A stretch of 64,000 nt of DNA from Candidatus Methylacidiphilales bacterium. GTDB taxonomy: Bacteria; Verrucomicrobiota; Verrucomicrobiia; Methylacidiphilales; JANWVL01. A program made the translations under genes and the position numbers. Within the stretch, counting starts at the first letter, position 1, and every line of letters starts with the position of its first letter. Of this stretch, positions 50,774-59,479 are shown piece after piece. The DNA lies in contig JANWVL010000082.1 of the NCBI GenBank assembly GCA_025056655.1, forward strand, positions 813 through 64,812, in the 5' to 3' direction. The notes beneath the pieces are model-generated. The model ran no database searches and was not told the origin of the DNA. It worked only from the letters and a program-made list of their open reading frames with translations.

Positions 50774-51949
50774 ATGACTAGCAACCTCGCCTCACGTGTC
50801 ACCGGCCTCACCCCCTCCCTAACCCTCACCATCGACAGCAAAGCCAAAGCCTTGAAAGCCGAAGGCATCGACGTCATCGGCTTCGGAGCTGGCGAACCCG
50901 ATTTCGACACTCCAGAGCACATCAAAGCTGCTGCCATGGGCTCCCTAGACGCAGGCTTCACAAAATACACCCCCGCAGCCGGCATCCCTGAACTCCGCCA
51001 AGCAATTGCCGAAAAACTCAAAACCGATAATAACCTCGACTACAAACCCACCCAAATCATCGTCACCAACGGCGCAAAACACGCCTGCCTCAACGTCATC
51101 CTCGCCACAGTAGAGCCAGGCGACGAAGTCATCATCCCAGCGCCCTACTGGCTCTCCTATCCAGAAATGGTCAAGCTCGCCGGCGGCACCCCCATCTTCG
51201 TCCAGACCTCCGCCGAAAACGGCTACAAAATCACCCCAGCCCAATTCGAAGAAGCCATGTCCCCTGCCACCCGAATGATCATTCTCAACTCCCCCGGCAA
51301 CCCCACCGGCACCCTCTACACCGCAGAAGAACTCAAAGCCCTAGCCGAAGTCGCCCTCTCAGAAGACATCCTCATCCTCTCCGATGAAATCTACGAAAAA
51401 CTCGTCTACGACAATCATAAACACACCTCCACAGCAAGCCTCTCCCCAGAAATCTACAACTCCACCTTCACCGTCAACGGCTTCAGCAAGCCCTACGCCA
51501 TGACAGGCTGGCGCATCGGCTACGTCGCCGCTCCCGAATGGGCAGCCAAAGCGATCGAATCCATCCAAAGCCATTCAACCTCAAACGTCACTTCCTTCGC
51601 CCAAAAAGGCGCACTCGTCGCTTACAAAGGGCCACAAGACTGCGTCACCGCCATGCTGCAAGAATACGATGCACGCCGCAAAAAAATGATGGCACTCCTC
51701 GACACCATCCCGCACCTCTCCTACGTCAGACCACAAGGCGCATTCTACATCCTCGTTGATATTTCCAAAACCAAACTCACTTCTACCGATTTTGCCGAGC
51801 GCCTACTCGATCGCCAAAAAGTCGCTGTCGTCCCCGGCATCGCCTTCGGCAACGACCAGACAATCCGCCTCTCCTACGCCACATCCATCGAAAACATCGA
51901 AACCGGCGTCAAACGTATCGCAGAATTCATCCAAACTTTAGGCCTCTAA
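50774..51949 (+). CDS. aspC: aspartate/aromatic aminotransferase (class I)
   Basis: 391 aa. PLP-lysine motif SKPYAMTGWRIGY. Confidence 0.88.
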   Translation: MTSNLASRVTGLTPSLTLTIDSKAKALKAEGIDVIGFGAGEPDFDTPEHIKAAAMGSLDAGFTKYTPAAGIPELRQAIAEKLKTDNNLDYKPTQIIVTNGAKHACLNVILATVEPGDEVIIPAPYWLSYPEMVKLAGGTPIFVQTSAENGYKITPAQFEEAMSPATRMIILNSPGNPTGTLYTAEELKALAEVALSEDILILSDEIYEKLVYDNHKHTSTASLSPEIYNSTFTVNGFSKPYAMTGWRIGYVAAPEWAAKAIESIQSHSTSNVTSFAQKGALVAYKGPQDCVTAMLQEYDARRKKMMALLDTIPHLSYVRPQGAFYILVDISKTKLTSTDFAERLLDRQKVAVVPGIAFGNDQTIRLSYATSIENIETGVKRIAEFIQTLGL

Positions 51950-51973
51950 CACAGACCTAAAGTCCCAAACCCC

Positions 51974-52849
51974 ATGCCTTCAGCGCCCAAAAAGGCTTCT
52001 CCATCAGCCACCGTCACCGTTCGCGTCCCTGCTACCACTGCCAACATCGGCCCCGGCTTCGACACCCTAGGCATAGCACTCAAACTCTACAACACCCTAA
52101 CCGTAAGCCTTACCGACACTGCTCCCACGCACCCCCCGTTCATCAACTCCATCGCCACAACCTTCTTCAAGCAGACCCAAATTCCACCCACACCTTTCAC
52201 ACTCAAAATCAAAGCTGAAGTCCCCATCGCCCGTGGGCTAGGCAGCTCCGTCACCATCCGTCTCGGCCTCCTTGCAGCACTCAATACCCTTCACCACTCA
52301 CCCCTCCTAGCCCAGCAAATCCTCTCGCTCGTAATCCAACTCGAAGGACACCCCGACAACGCTGTCCCCGCTCTCTTCGGCGGCTTTGCCGCTGCAACTC
52401 GCGAACGTTACGTCAACTTTCCCGTCTCCCCGCGACTCCACTTCATCGCCTACATCCCCAAATCAGAACTCTCCACAACCCAAGCCCGCTCCGTCCTCCC
52501 ACGAAAAATCCCAATCGCAGATGCAGTAGAAAACCTTCAACACACCGCCCTCATCACCGCCGCATTCGCCACGGGAAACTACCCCGCCCTTCGCGATCTA
52601 TTCCAGGATCGCCTTCACCAGCCCTACCGCGCTCGACTCATCCCGGGATTTCAAGCCGTCTGCGAAGCAGCCCGAGCAGCCGGAGCCCTCGGTGCCTACC
52701 TCTCCGGAGCCGGCTCCACGATCATGGCCATCACGCTAGAAAAACCCCAAGCCATCGCCCAAGCCATGGCTCGAGCCGCTTCAAAAGCAGGTCTAAAAGG
52801 CTCTGTGCTCCCACTAAAAGCCGATAATGAAGGCCTCACCTTCCTTTAG
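51974..52849 (+). CDS. thrB: homoserine kinase
   Basis: 291 aa. PATTANIGPGFD and the GHMP motif PIARGLGSSVT. Confidence 0.88.
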   Translation: MPSAPKKASPSATVTVRVPATTANIGPGFDTLGIALKLYNTLTVSLTDTAPTHPPFINSIATTFFKQTQIPPTPFTLKIKAEVPIARGLGSSVTIRLGLLAALNTLHHSPLLAQQILSLVIQLEGHPDNAVPALFGGFAAATRERYVNFPVSPRLHFIAYIPKSELSTTQARSVLPRKIPIADAVENLQHTALITAAFATGNYPALRDLFQDRLHQPYRARLIPGFQAVCEAARAAGALGAYLSGAGSTIMAITLEKPQAIAQAMARAASKAGLKGSVLPLKADNEGLTFL

Positions 52850-52950
52850 AAGTCCCTGCCAACCCTTCTAAAGCTCCACGCAACCATTCAGCCCCCTTTC
52901 GCCTTTATTTCGTCATCAACCAAAAATAAACTCCACTCCTGCCTATCACC

Positions 52951-53949
52951 ATGCCGAAACCTAAAGCCAACAAAACTCCTGCATCCCTAAAAGTAGCCCG
53001 TCGCGTCCTCACTCTAGAGTCCGAGGCGATCCGCCAACTCAAACGCCAGCTCAATCATTCATTCGACGACGCAGTCCAGCTTCTCCTACGCTGCCTCCAA
53101 CAACGCGGCAAAATCATCGTCACAGGCGTCGGCAAATCCGCCCTGATCGGCCACAAAATAGCCGCCACCCTCTCCTCTACCGGTTCTCCAGCCGTCGTCC
53201 TCGACTCCACAAATGCTTTGCACGGTGACATCGGACTCATAGCTGAAGGCGATGTAGCCCTCCTCCTCTCCTACAGTGGCGAGACCGAGGAGCTGGTGCG
53301 CATTTTACCTGTGCTCAAACATCTCTCTACCCCGATTATCGCCATCACACGATCCACACACTCGACCCTGGGAAAACACGCCGACATCACCCTACGCTGT
53401 GAGGTCTCAAAAGAGGCATGCCCCCTCAACCTCGCTCCCACAGCCTCCACAGCAGCGATGCTCTCTCTTGGCGATGCACTCGCCATGGCACTCCTCGAAG
53501 CCCGTGGATTCAAGCGCGAAGACTTCGCCCGTTACCATCCAGCAGGCTCGTTAGGAAAACAACTCCTACAAATCCGCCACGTCATGCGTTCCCGAGATAA
53601 AATGACGATCCTGGATGAAAAAACCCCGATCACAACCGCGATGAAAGCCATGGCCGAAGCACGCACTGGTGCTGTCATCGTCACCGATTCACGCGGTAGA
53701 GTTACAGGAATTTATACGCAAGGCGACTTCACACGCACCTTCGTTCGCGATCCCAGTATCATCCAGAGAGGCACTCTAAAAGAGGTCATGACACGCCGCC
53801 CGATCACTGTCCCAGTAGATAAACTCGCCGTCGAAGTCCTTGCCCTCTTTCGCGAACACGATATCGATGACCTCATCGTAGTCGATGCACAACATCGCCC
53901 CGTCGGATTGATAGATGCACAAGACCTAGCCAAACACCGCCTAGTCTAG
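52951..53949 (+). CDS. kpsF: arabinose-5-phosphate isomerase (KpsF/GutQ; SIS plus tandem CBS)
   Basis: 332 aa. GVGKSALIGHKIAATLSSTG and a C-terminal CBS pair. Confidence 0.88.
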   Translation: MPKPKANKTPASLKVARRVLTLESEAIRQLKRQLNHSFDDAVQLLLRCLQQRGKIIVTGVGKSALIGHKIAATLSSTGSPAVVLDSTNALHGDIGLIAEGDVALLLSYSGETEELVRILPVLKHLSTPIIAITRSTHSTLGKHADITLRCEVSKEACPLNLAPTASTAAMLSLGDALAMALLEARGFKREDFARYHPAGSLGKQLLQIRHVMRSRDKMTILDEKTPITTAMKAMAEARTGAVIVTDSRGRVTGIYTQGDFTRTFVRDPSIIQRGTLKEVMTRRPITVPVDKLAVEVLALFREHDIDDLIVVDAQHRPVGLIDAQDLAKHRLV

Positions 53950-55103
53950 ACCTCCCCTGTCCCAATCCCAAGCAACTGCCGCACTTCAACATCCCGCCTC
54001 ATAACCTCCGACAACGAGTCTCCGAGAATCGTATAATGCCCCATCTTGCGGCCAGGCCTAGCTTCAGTCTTGCCGTAAAGATGCAATTTCAAGCCCGGAA
54101 TTTTAAGCACATCGATCCAGTTGGGAGAGCTGCCCTTGAGCCACAGATCACCGAGAAGATTAGTCATAATCGCCGCAGCACATAAAGCTTGGGTCGAACC
54201 TAGTGGCAAGCCACAAACAGCACGCAGCTGCTGCTCAAACTGACTCGTCACGCATGCATCAAACGTATAATGGCCAGAATTATGCGGTCGTGGCGCAATT
54301 TCGTTGATAAGAATATCATCACGAGGCGTCAAAAAAAACTCAACTGTGATTAGCCCAATTAAATCCAGCTTCTGAGCAAGCTCTCGAGCCATCAGCCGAG
54401 CTTCCTCTTCAATCCTAGAAGGCAAGCCCGACGGATAGACAGATAGATCCAAAATGTGGCGGGAATGTCGGTTACGAGTTATCGGAAAGATGGCCACAGG
54501 CTCGTGCGGCACCCGTGTGATAACAGTTGAAAACTCAATCACATTTTCTACCCAAGCTTCAACAATGCCGCGAGATGTCCCATGTTGTCTCCAAATTCGC
54601 GCCAGGTCTGAATCGCGTGTAATTTTTTGTTGTCCTTTACCGTCATAGCCAAAATCGCAAGTTTTCAATACTGCAGGAAGACCGATTTCTTTAACTGCTG
54701 CACGAAGAGCCTCCTCACTTTCGACAATTCGATAATTCACAGTCGGAAATCCCGAGCTTGAAAGAAAGTTCTTTTCGCGTTCCCGATTTTGCGCGATGTA
54801 GAGAATCCGCGGATCCGGATAGCATGGCCGCAGCTTCTGAACGTATTGCAATGTGGAAAGCGGAATATTTTCAAACTCGTAGGTGATGCAATCCACCGAT
54901 TCCGCAAATTCTCTTAATACTTCCTCATCATCAAACGGTGCGATAAACTCACGATCTGAAATTTGCCCTGAGGGGCTATCCAAAGAAGGATCAAAAGTGT
55001 GCACACGGTAACCCATTCTACGGGCTTGAAGCGCAAACATTCGCCCGAGCTGTCCACCGCCTATTAATCCAAGCGTAGCACCAGGAAGAATAGGTTTCCT
55101 CAT
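53946..55103 (-). CDS. purK: 5-(carboxyamino)imidazole ribonucleotide synthase
   Basis: 385 aa ATP-grasp protein. [12 protein letters not shown]. It overlaps purE by 4 nt. Confidence 0.92.
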   Translation of the reverse strand: MRKPILPGATLGLIGGGQLGRMFALQARRMGYRVHTFDPSLDSPSGQISDREFIAPFDDEEVLREFAESVDCITYEFENIPLSTLQYVQKLRPCYPDPRILYIAQNREREKNFLSSSGFPTVNYRIVESEEALRAAVKEIGLPAVLKTCDFGYDGKGQQKITRDSDLARIWRQHGTSRGIVEAWVENVIEFSTVITRVPHEPVAIFPITRNRHSRHILDLSVYPSGLPSRIEEEARLMARELAQKLDLIGLITVEFFLTPRDDILINEIAPRPHNSGHYTFDACVTSQFEQQLRAVCGLPLGSTQALCAAAIMTNLLGDLWLKGSSPNWIDVLKIPGLKLHLYGKTEARPGRKMGHYTILGDSLSEVMRRDVEVRQLLGIGTGEV

Positions 55104-55597
55104 AGCTTCTGCTTCAAGACGCGCTCCGTCTGCTTTTTTCGATAATCCGCAAGACGTTTTGCTAGCGTTGGATTCTCTAGACTCAGTATAGCAACGGCTG
55201 CGAGAGCTGCATTGATCGCGCCAGATTGGCCGATAGCAAAGGTCGCAACAGGAATCCCGGCTGGCATCTGAGCGATCGACAACAAAGAATCAAGCCCCTT
55301 CAAAGCACGAGACTCCACAGGCACACCTAGCACCGGCAAGGGCGTGAGCGAAGCCGTCATGCCCGGCAGATGAGCGGCTCCACCGGCTCCAGCTATCAGA
55401 ATTTTCAAGCCTCGAGAAGCTGCGGCAGTTGCATACGCATACAACTTTTGAGGAGTGCGATGCGCGGAAACAATTTGTTTTTCATAAGGAATATCAAAAA
55501 GCTCCAAAGTCTGTGCTGCGTGTTGCATGGTAGGCCAATCCGATATCGAGCCCATAATAATGCCCACTAGCGGAGCGCGCTTCTGTTTCGCAGACAT
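55100..55597 (-). CDS. purE: 5-(carboxyamino)imidazole ribonucleotide mutase
   Basis: 165 aa. IMGSISDW and [10 protein letters not shown]. Confidence 0.95.
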   Translation of the reverse strand: MSAKQKRAPLVGIIMGSISDWPTMQHAAQTLELFDIPYEKQIVSAHRTPQKLYAYATAAASRGLKILIAGAGGAAHLPGMTASLTPLPVLGVPVESRALKGLDSLLSIAQMPAGIPVATFAIGQSGAINAALAAVAILSLENPTLAKRLADYRKKQTERVLKQKL

Positions 55598-55603
55598 AAA
55601 ATT

Positions 55604-56143
55604 TCAGCCTGAAGCGAGGATATCTTCGATACTTCTTAAAATTCCCTCAACAGGCCAAAGTCGCCCTATACCCTCGTATCCACAGGCCAGCAAACCCTCA
55701 TCCGGTCCGATGAAACGAACGCCTCGAGTGCGAAGAAGCTCCACATTTTGCTGAGTCGCTGGATGAAGCCACATTTTGCCGTTCATCGCCGGCGCCAAGA
55801 GAGTGGGGGCTTGCGTTGCTAGAAGAATTGAGGTGAGAAGATCAGATGCAAAGCCATGAGCATATTGAGCGATGAGATGCGCCGTAGCAGGAGCGACGAC
55901 GATAAGATCGGCCCAATCCGCAATCTCTATATGTAAGGGGATTGGGCGAAGCTCCCATTCTGCTTCATCAGTGTAGGCAGGGTTGCGGGTTAAAGAAGCT
56001 AAGGAGAGTGGCGAAATAAAACGAGTAGCTTGCTGCGAAAAAACAGCTTGCACCGCATGCCCTTGCTTGGTGAGTGCACTGGCAATCTCCGCAGCGCGAA
56101 AAGCGGCGATAGACCCCGTGATGCCCAATACGATCCGGCTCAT
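55604..56143 (-). CDS. coaC: flavoprotein, phosphopantothenoylcysteine decarboxylase (stand-alone CoaC half)
   Basis: 179 aa. GITGSIAAFR and PAMNGKMW. No CoaB domain is attached. Confidence 0.78.
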   Translation of the reverse strand: MSRIVLGITGSIAAFRAAEIASALTKQGHAVQAVFSQQATRFISPLSLASLTRNPAYTDEAEWELRPIPLHIEIADWADLIVVAPATAHLIAQYAHGFASDLLTSILLATQAPTLLAPAMNGKMWLHPATQQNVELLRTRGVRFIGPDEGLLACGYEGIGRLWPVEGILRSIEDILASG

Positions 56144-56778
56144 GATGGAGTCAAGTGAAGGGTGAGACGCTTGCTGAGATAACGTTCAGCACGAACTATA
56201 GCACGAAACTTTTGAAGATCTTCCTCTGTTGAGCCACTGAGGATGGTGTATCGAAAAAGAGGCCACTGGCTCATTTCATATCGTCCAGTCTCAAGGCGGC
56301 GTTGGATCTCTTCTTCAGTCTCTGTGCCGCGCTTGCGAAGCCGCCGCTCTAGCTCTGCAAGGGTCGGTGGCATGATAAAAACATCGACTAGCGCGTTTCG
56401 AATTTTGGGATCTGGATTATTACGAATTGAGGCAGCTCCTTGCACATCGATATCGAGTAGGACATCAACACCACGATCGAGAATATCGAGCACGTATTTT
56501 TTTAACGTGCCGTAGTAATGATTGTGAACGCGCGCATACTCGAGCATTTCGCCGTTTTCGACTTTTTTGAGAAATTCTTCTTGGCTTAGAAAATAATAAT
56601 CCTCTCCGTGTATCTCTCCCGGCCGCGGCGGTCGTGTCGTGCAGGAGACAGAATAGTAAAGATCGGGGGTGTGACGCATGTTGTCACAAAGCGTGCTCTT
56701 CCCTGTGCCGGAAGGAGCAGAGACGACAAAAAGAATTCCTTCCCGGGTGAAAGAATGAGCTTGCGGCGCAGATTGCAT
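56140..56778 (-). CDS. gmk: guanylate kinase
   Basis: 212 aa. SAPSGTGKSTL and TTRPPRPGE. Confidence 0.93.
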   Translation of the reverse strand: MQSAPQAHSFTREGILFVVSAPSGTGKSTLCDNMRHTPDLYYSVSCTTRPPRPGEIHGEDYYFLSQEEFLKKVENGEMLEYARVHNHYYGTLKKYVLDILDRGVDVLLDIDVQGAASIRNNPDPKIRNALVDVFIMPPTLAELERRLRKRGTETEEEIQRRLETGRYEMSQWPLFRYTILSGSTEEDLQKFRAIVRAERYLSKRLTLHLTPS

Positions 56779-56785
56779 GCGAAAA

Positions 56786-57238
56786 TTAAGTTAGGTGTTT
56801 TTGCACAAGAGCGGCTAAAGTTTTTCCATCAGCGCGCCCTTCGGTCTTTGCTTGCAGGGCTTTCATGACTTCGCCCATTTGTTTTTTGGATGTAGCACCG
56901 AGTGCTCGGATCGTCTCTTGAACGAGCGACTCGAGCTCCTCATGGGATAAGGCCGGGGGCAAGTAGGATTGGAGGATATCGAGCTCTTTGCGTTCTTTAT
57001 CAGCTAGGTCGGTGCGGCCACCCTGGGTGTAGCTGGTGATGGCATCGTGACGTTTTTTAATTTCTTTACGTATCACTGCAATCACATCTGCATCAGTGGG
57101 AACAGTGTCTGCCCCGCTTTTTTGGATCGCATCATATTTGATGGCTGACTTGAGCATGCGCAACACTTCAAGTGTGTGGGTCTCTTTTTGGCGCATGGCT
57201 TGCTTAAGGTCGTTGTCGATTTTTTGCAGTAAACTCAT
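56786..57238 (-). CDS. GatB/YqeY domain protein
   Basis: The likely start is MSLLQKIDNDLKQAMRQKE (ATG at 57238). The ORF-track start is 12 codons upstream. Confidence 0.85.
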   Translation of the reverse strand: MSLLQKIDNDLKQAMRQKETHTLEVLRMLKSAIKYDAIQKSGADTVPTDADVIAVIRKEIKKRHDAITSYTQGGRTDLADKERKELDILQSYLPPALSHEELESLVQETIRALGATSKKQMGEVMKALQAKTEGRADGKTLAALVQKHLT

Positions 57239-57309
57239 GGTAGCAGAAGGTAGAAGGAAAATAGAGTGTGGCAATACTAAGGCTGTAGTCGAGCGACTGG
57301 CTGTGTAAA

Positions 57310-58494
57310 TCAGACGACTGCGTCGATGAGCCGGTAGGCATTATCTCTGCGTCGTGGAGTGTAGCCTGCTTCGGCGATGAGACGTTCCATTTCCTCAATT
57401 GTCATGCGAAATGTGGTGCCAGCTGCAGAGACGACATTTTCTTCCATCATGATCGAGCCAAAATCGTTTGCACCGTAGAAGAGGGCGATTTGTCCGATCT
57501 GGGGGCCTTGTGTGACCCAGGAGGATTGTATGTTTTCAATGTTATCGAGAAAAATTCGAGCCAGAGCTTGCATACGGAGATATTCATGTGCGGAGGCTTT
57601 TCGAGGGACTTTGAGAACGGTATTTTCGGGCTGAAATGTCCAGCAAATAAAAGCTGTAAAACCACCGGTGTCGTCTTGCAAATCGCGGAGCCGTTGGAGG
57701 TGCTCAAGGCGATCTTCAAGGGTCTCGACGTGTCCAAACATCATGGTCGCGGATGAGCGCAATCCGATTTCGTGAGCTTCACGCATGATTCGCAGCCAGG
57801 TGTCAGCATCGCATTTGAGAGGAGAGATACGTTGCCGAACACGATCTGTGAGAATTTCTCCTCCACCGCCGGGCAAGGAACCTAAGCCTGCCTCTTTGTA
57901 AAGGCGCAGTATCTCTCGAGTGGGAAGGCGAAATGTTTGTGAGAAGTGATGAATTTCAGGTGGCGAGAATCCGTGGATGTTAATATTCGGGTGACGCTGT
58001 CGAATGGTGGAGAGCATGGTGAGGTAGTAGTCCAGGGTCAATGAAGGGTGGTGACCTCCTTGAAGTAAGATTTGAATGCCGCCGATAGCTTCGAGTTCAC
58101 GGATCTTTTCTGAGATCTGATCCGGGGTGAGGACGTAATGGTCGGGGTCTTTTTCGGTGCGGTAAAAGGCGCAGAATTTGCAATAGACGTTGCAGACATT
58201 GGTGTAGTTGATGTTGCGGTCCACAATGTAGGTCACGATAGAGTTTCCACGTCCGTTGTAAGCCTCGGCTTTGGCTAGTTGTCTACGTGCATGAGCAAGA
58301 AGACCCAGTTCTGATAATGGCCAGTGATAGAGCTCTGCAGCTTCTTCGATGGTGATTCGATCGCCGGCAAGAATTTTTTGCGTGAGTGAGGAGGTGTGAT
58401 TAGATGATTGGGAGGTATTCACGAGGTTCAAAAAAGATTGGTTGACTGGCTCGTGTAGGGGCGGGCTTAGAAGGCTTGTTGTAGAAGGGTTCAT
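57310..58494 (-). CDS. radical SAM enzyme of the futalosine pathway (MqnE aminofutalosine synthase or MqnC; cannot be distinguished by eye)
   Basis: CNVYCKFCAF radical-SAM cluster motif. The real start is MNPSTTSLL (ATG at 58494), which overlaps the mqnA stop as ATGA. The ORF-track extension to 58776 runs inside mqnA in another frame. Confidence 0.85.
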   Translation of the reverse strand: MNPSTTSLLSPPLHEPVNQSFLNLVNTSQSSNHTSSLTQKILAGDRITIEEAAELYHWPLSELGLLAHARRQLAKAEAYNGRGNSIVTYIVDRNINYTNVCNVYCKFCAFYRTEKDPDHYVLTPDQISEKIRELEAIGGIQILLQGGHHPSLTLDYYLTMLSTIRQRHPNINIHGFSPPEIHHFSQTFRLPTREILRLYKEAGLGSLPGGGGEILTDRVRQRISPLKCDADTWLRIMREAHEIGLRSSATMMFGHVETLEDRLEHLQRLRDLQDDTGGFTAFICWTFQPENTVLKVPRKASAHEYLRMQALARIFLDNIENIQSSWVTQGPQIGQIALFYGANDFGSIMMEENVVSAAGTTFRMTIEEMERLIAEAGYTPRRRDNAYRLIDAVV

Positions 58495-59243
58495 ATAAAA
58501 TTCAATGTAGGTGGGGAGGTTTGATTCTGCAAGGTGGTAGCCAGTTTCAAAAAGTAACGCCAGCCTTCGATGGCTTCTTGATCGAGGGTGTAGCGAATGT
58601 GTTTGTGGAGATATTCTTTTTCTTGGTCGTTGTGCGCCAGGAGCTCTCGCTGATCGAGCCCTTCTTTGGCTGCTTGGATTAGAATTGAGGCGACGAGTTT
58701 CCTGTGATCTGGAGAAACATGTGGAGAGACGGCCCAAGCTGCATAAACAAAGGGAAGAGAGGTATGTTGATCCCAAGCTTCACCGAGATCGAGAAGCGGA
58801 GCTTGGGGATTTTCAGCGCGGAAACGCAAGGCACGATCTCCGATCCAGAGTTGAGCGTCGGCGCATGGATCCCCCTCAGGAAGCAGGGAAAGCGGTTGAC
58901 GGCGGAAGATTTCAAAAATAATGCGAGCCAGCAGGACAGAAGTGCGAGAGTCATGGTCAACCGCTAAAGTTTTTACTTGATCGAGAGGACAACGATGATT
59001 CGCAATCACGCTTTTGACTGCGCCTTTGGACAAGATGGCTATCTCTGGGACCCACCATAAGTTGGGCATATGCGCCGCTGCAATAGTGGGAACCAATGCA
59101 ACCTCGAGTTCCCAACGGATAAGTCGGTCGACAAGTTCTCGTGGAGAGAAAAGCTGAATTGCAGCTGGAATCCGTGTGATTAGAGGTTGTGCATTAAGAT
59201 ATGGGACGGCTCCTATGCGTAAAGCGGATAAGGCAGCGTCCAT
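58491..59243 (-). CDS. mqnA: chorismate dehydratase (futalosine pathway MqnA)
   Basis: 250 aa. LRIGAVPYLNAQPL N-terminus, typical of MqnA. Confidence 0.85.
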   Translation of the reverse strand: MDAALSALRIGAVPYLNAQPLITRIPAAIQLFSPRELVDRLIRWELEVALVPTIAAAHMPNLWWVPEIAILSKGAVKSVIANHRCPLDQVKTLAVDHDSRTSVLLARIIFEIFRRQPLSLLPEGDPCADAQLWIGDRALRFRAENPQAPLLDLGEAWDQHTSLPFVYAAWAVSPHVSPDHRKLVASILIQAAKEGLDQRELLAHNDQEKEYLHKHIRYTLDQEAIEGWRYFLKLATTLQNQTSPPTLNFI

Positions 59244-59289
59244 TGAGAGCTATAAAACAATTTATGCGCAATACTTGTGCTTATTTAAG

Positions 59290-59361
59290 CGACCCCAGCG
59301 GGATTCGAACCCGCGCGACTGCCTTGAAAGGGCAGGGTGCTAACCACTACACAATGGGGTC
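59290..59361 (-). tRNA. tRNA-Glu (anticodon UUC)
   Basis: The reverse complement GACCCCATTGTGTAGTGGTTAGCACCCTGCCCTTTCAAGGCAGTCGCGCGGGTTCGAATCCCGCTGGGGTCG folds as a cloverleaf: anticodon loop CTTTCAA, T-loop TTCGAAT. Confidence 0.88.
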
Positions 59362-59479
59362 GAATTGAAATACAGAATATAGCTTGTGTTTTTTATTTAG
59401 ACAAGCAAGAGTTTGCCATTGTGTATAAATTGTTATTGCGCCTTTCGACACGATAGAATATAGGAATTTCGTTACCCCT

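Noticed and set aside
58495-58776. A 94-codon N-terminal extension of the radical-SAM mqn gene into mqnA.
   Set aside because: It is an Arg/Ser-rich low-complexity frame inside mqnA. The ATGA-coupled start at 58494 fits the family length of about 390 aa.
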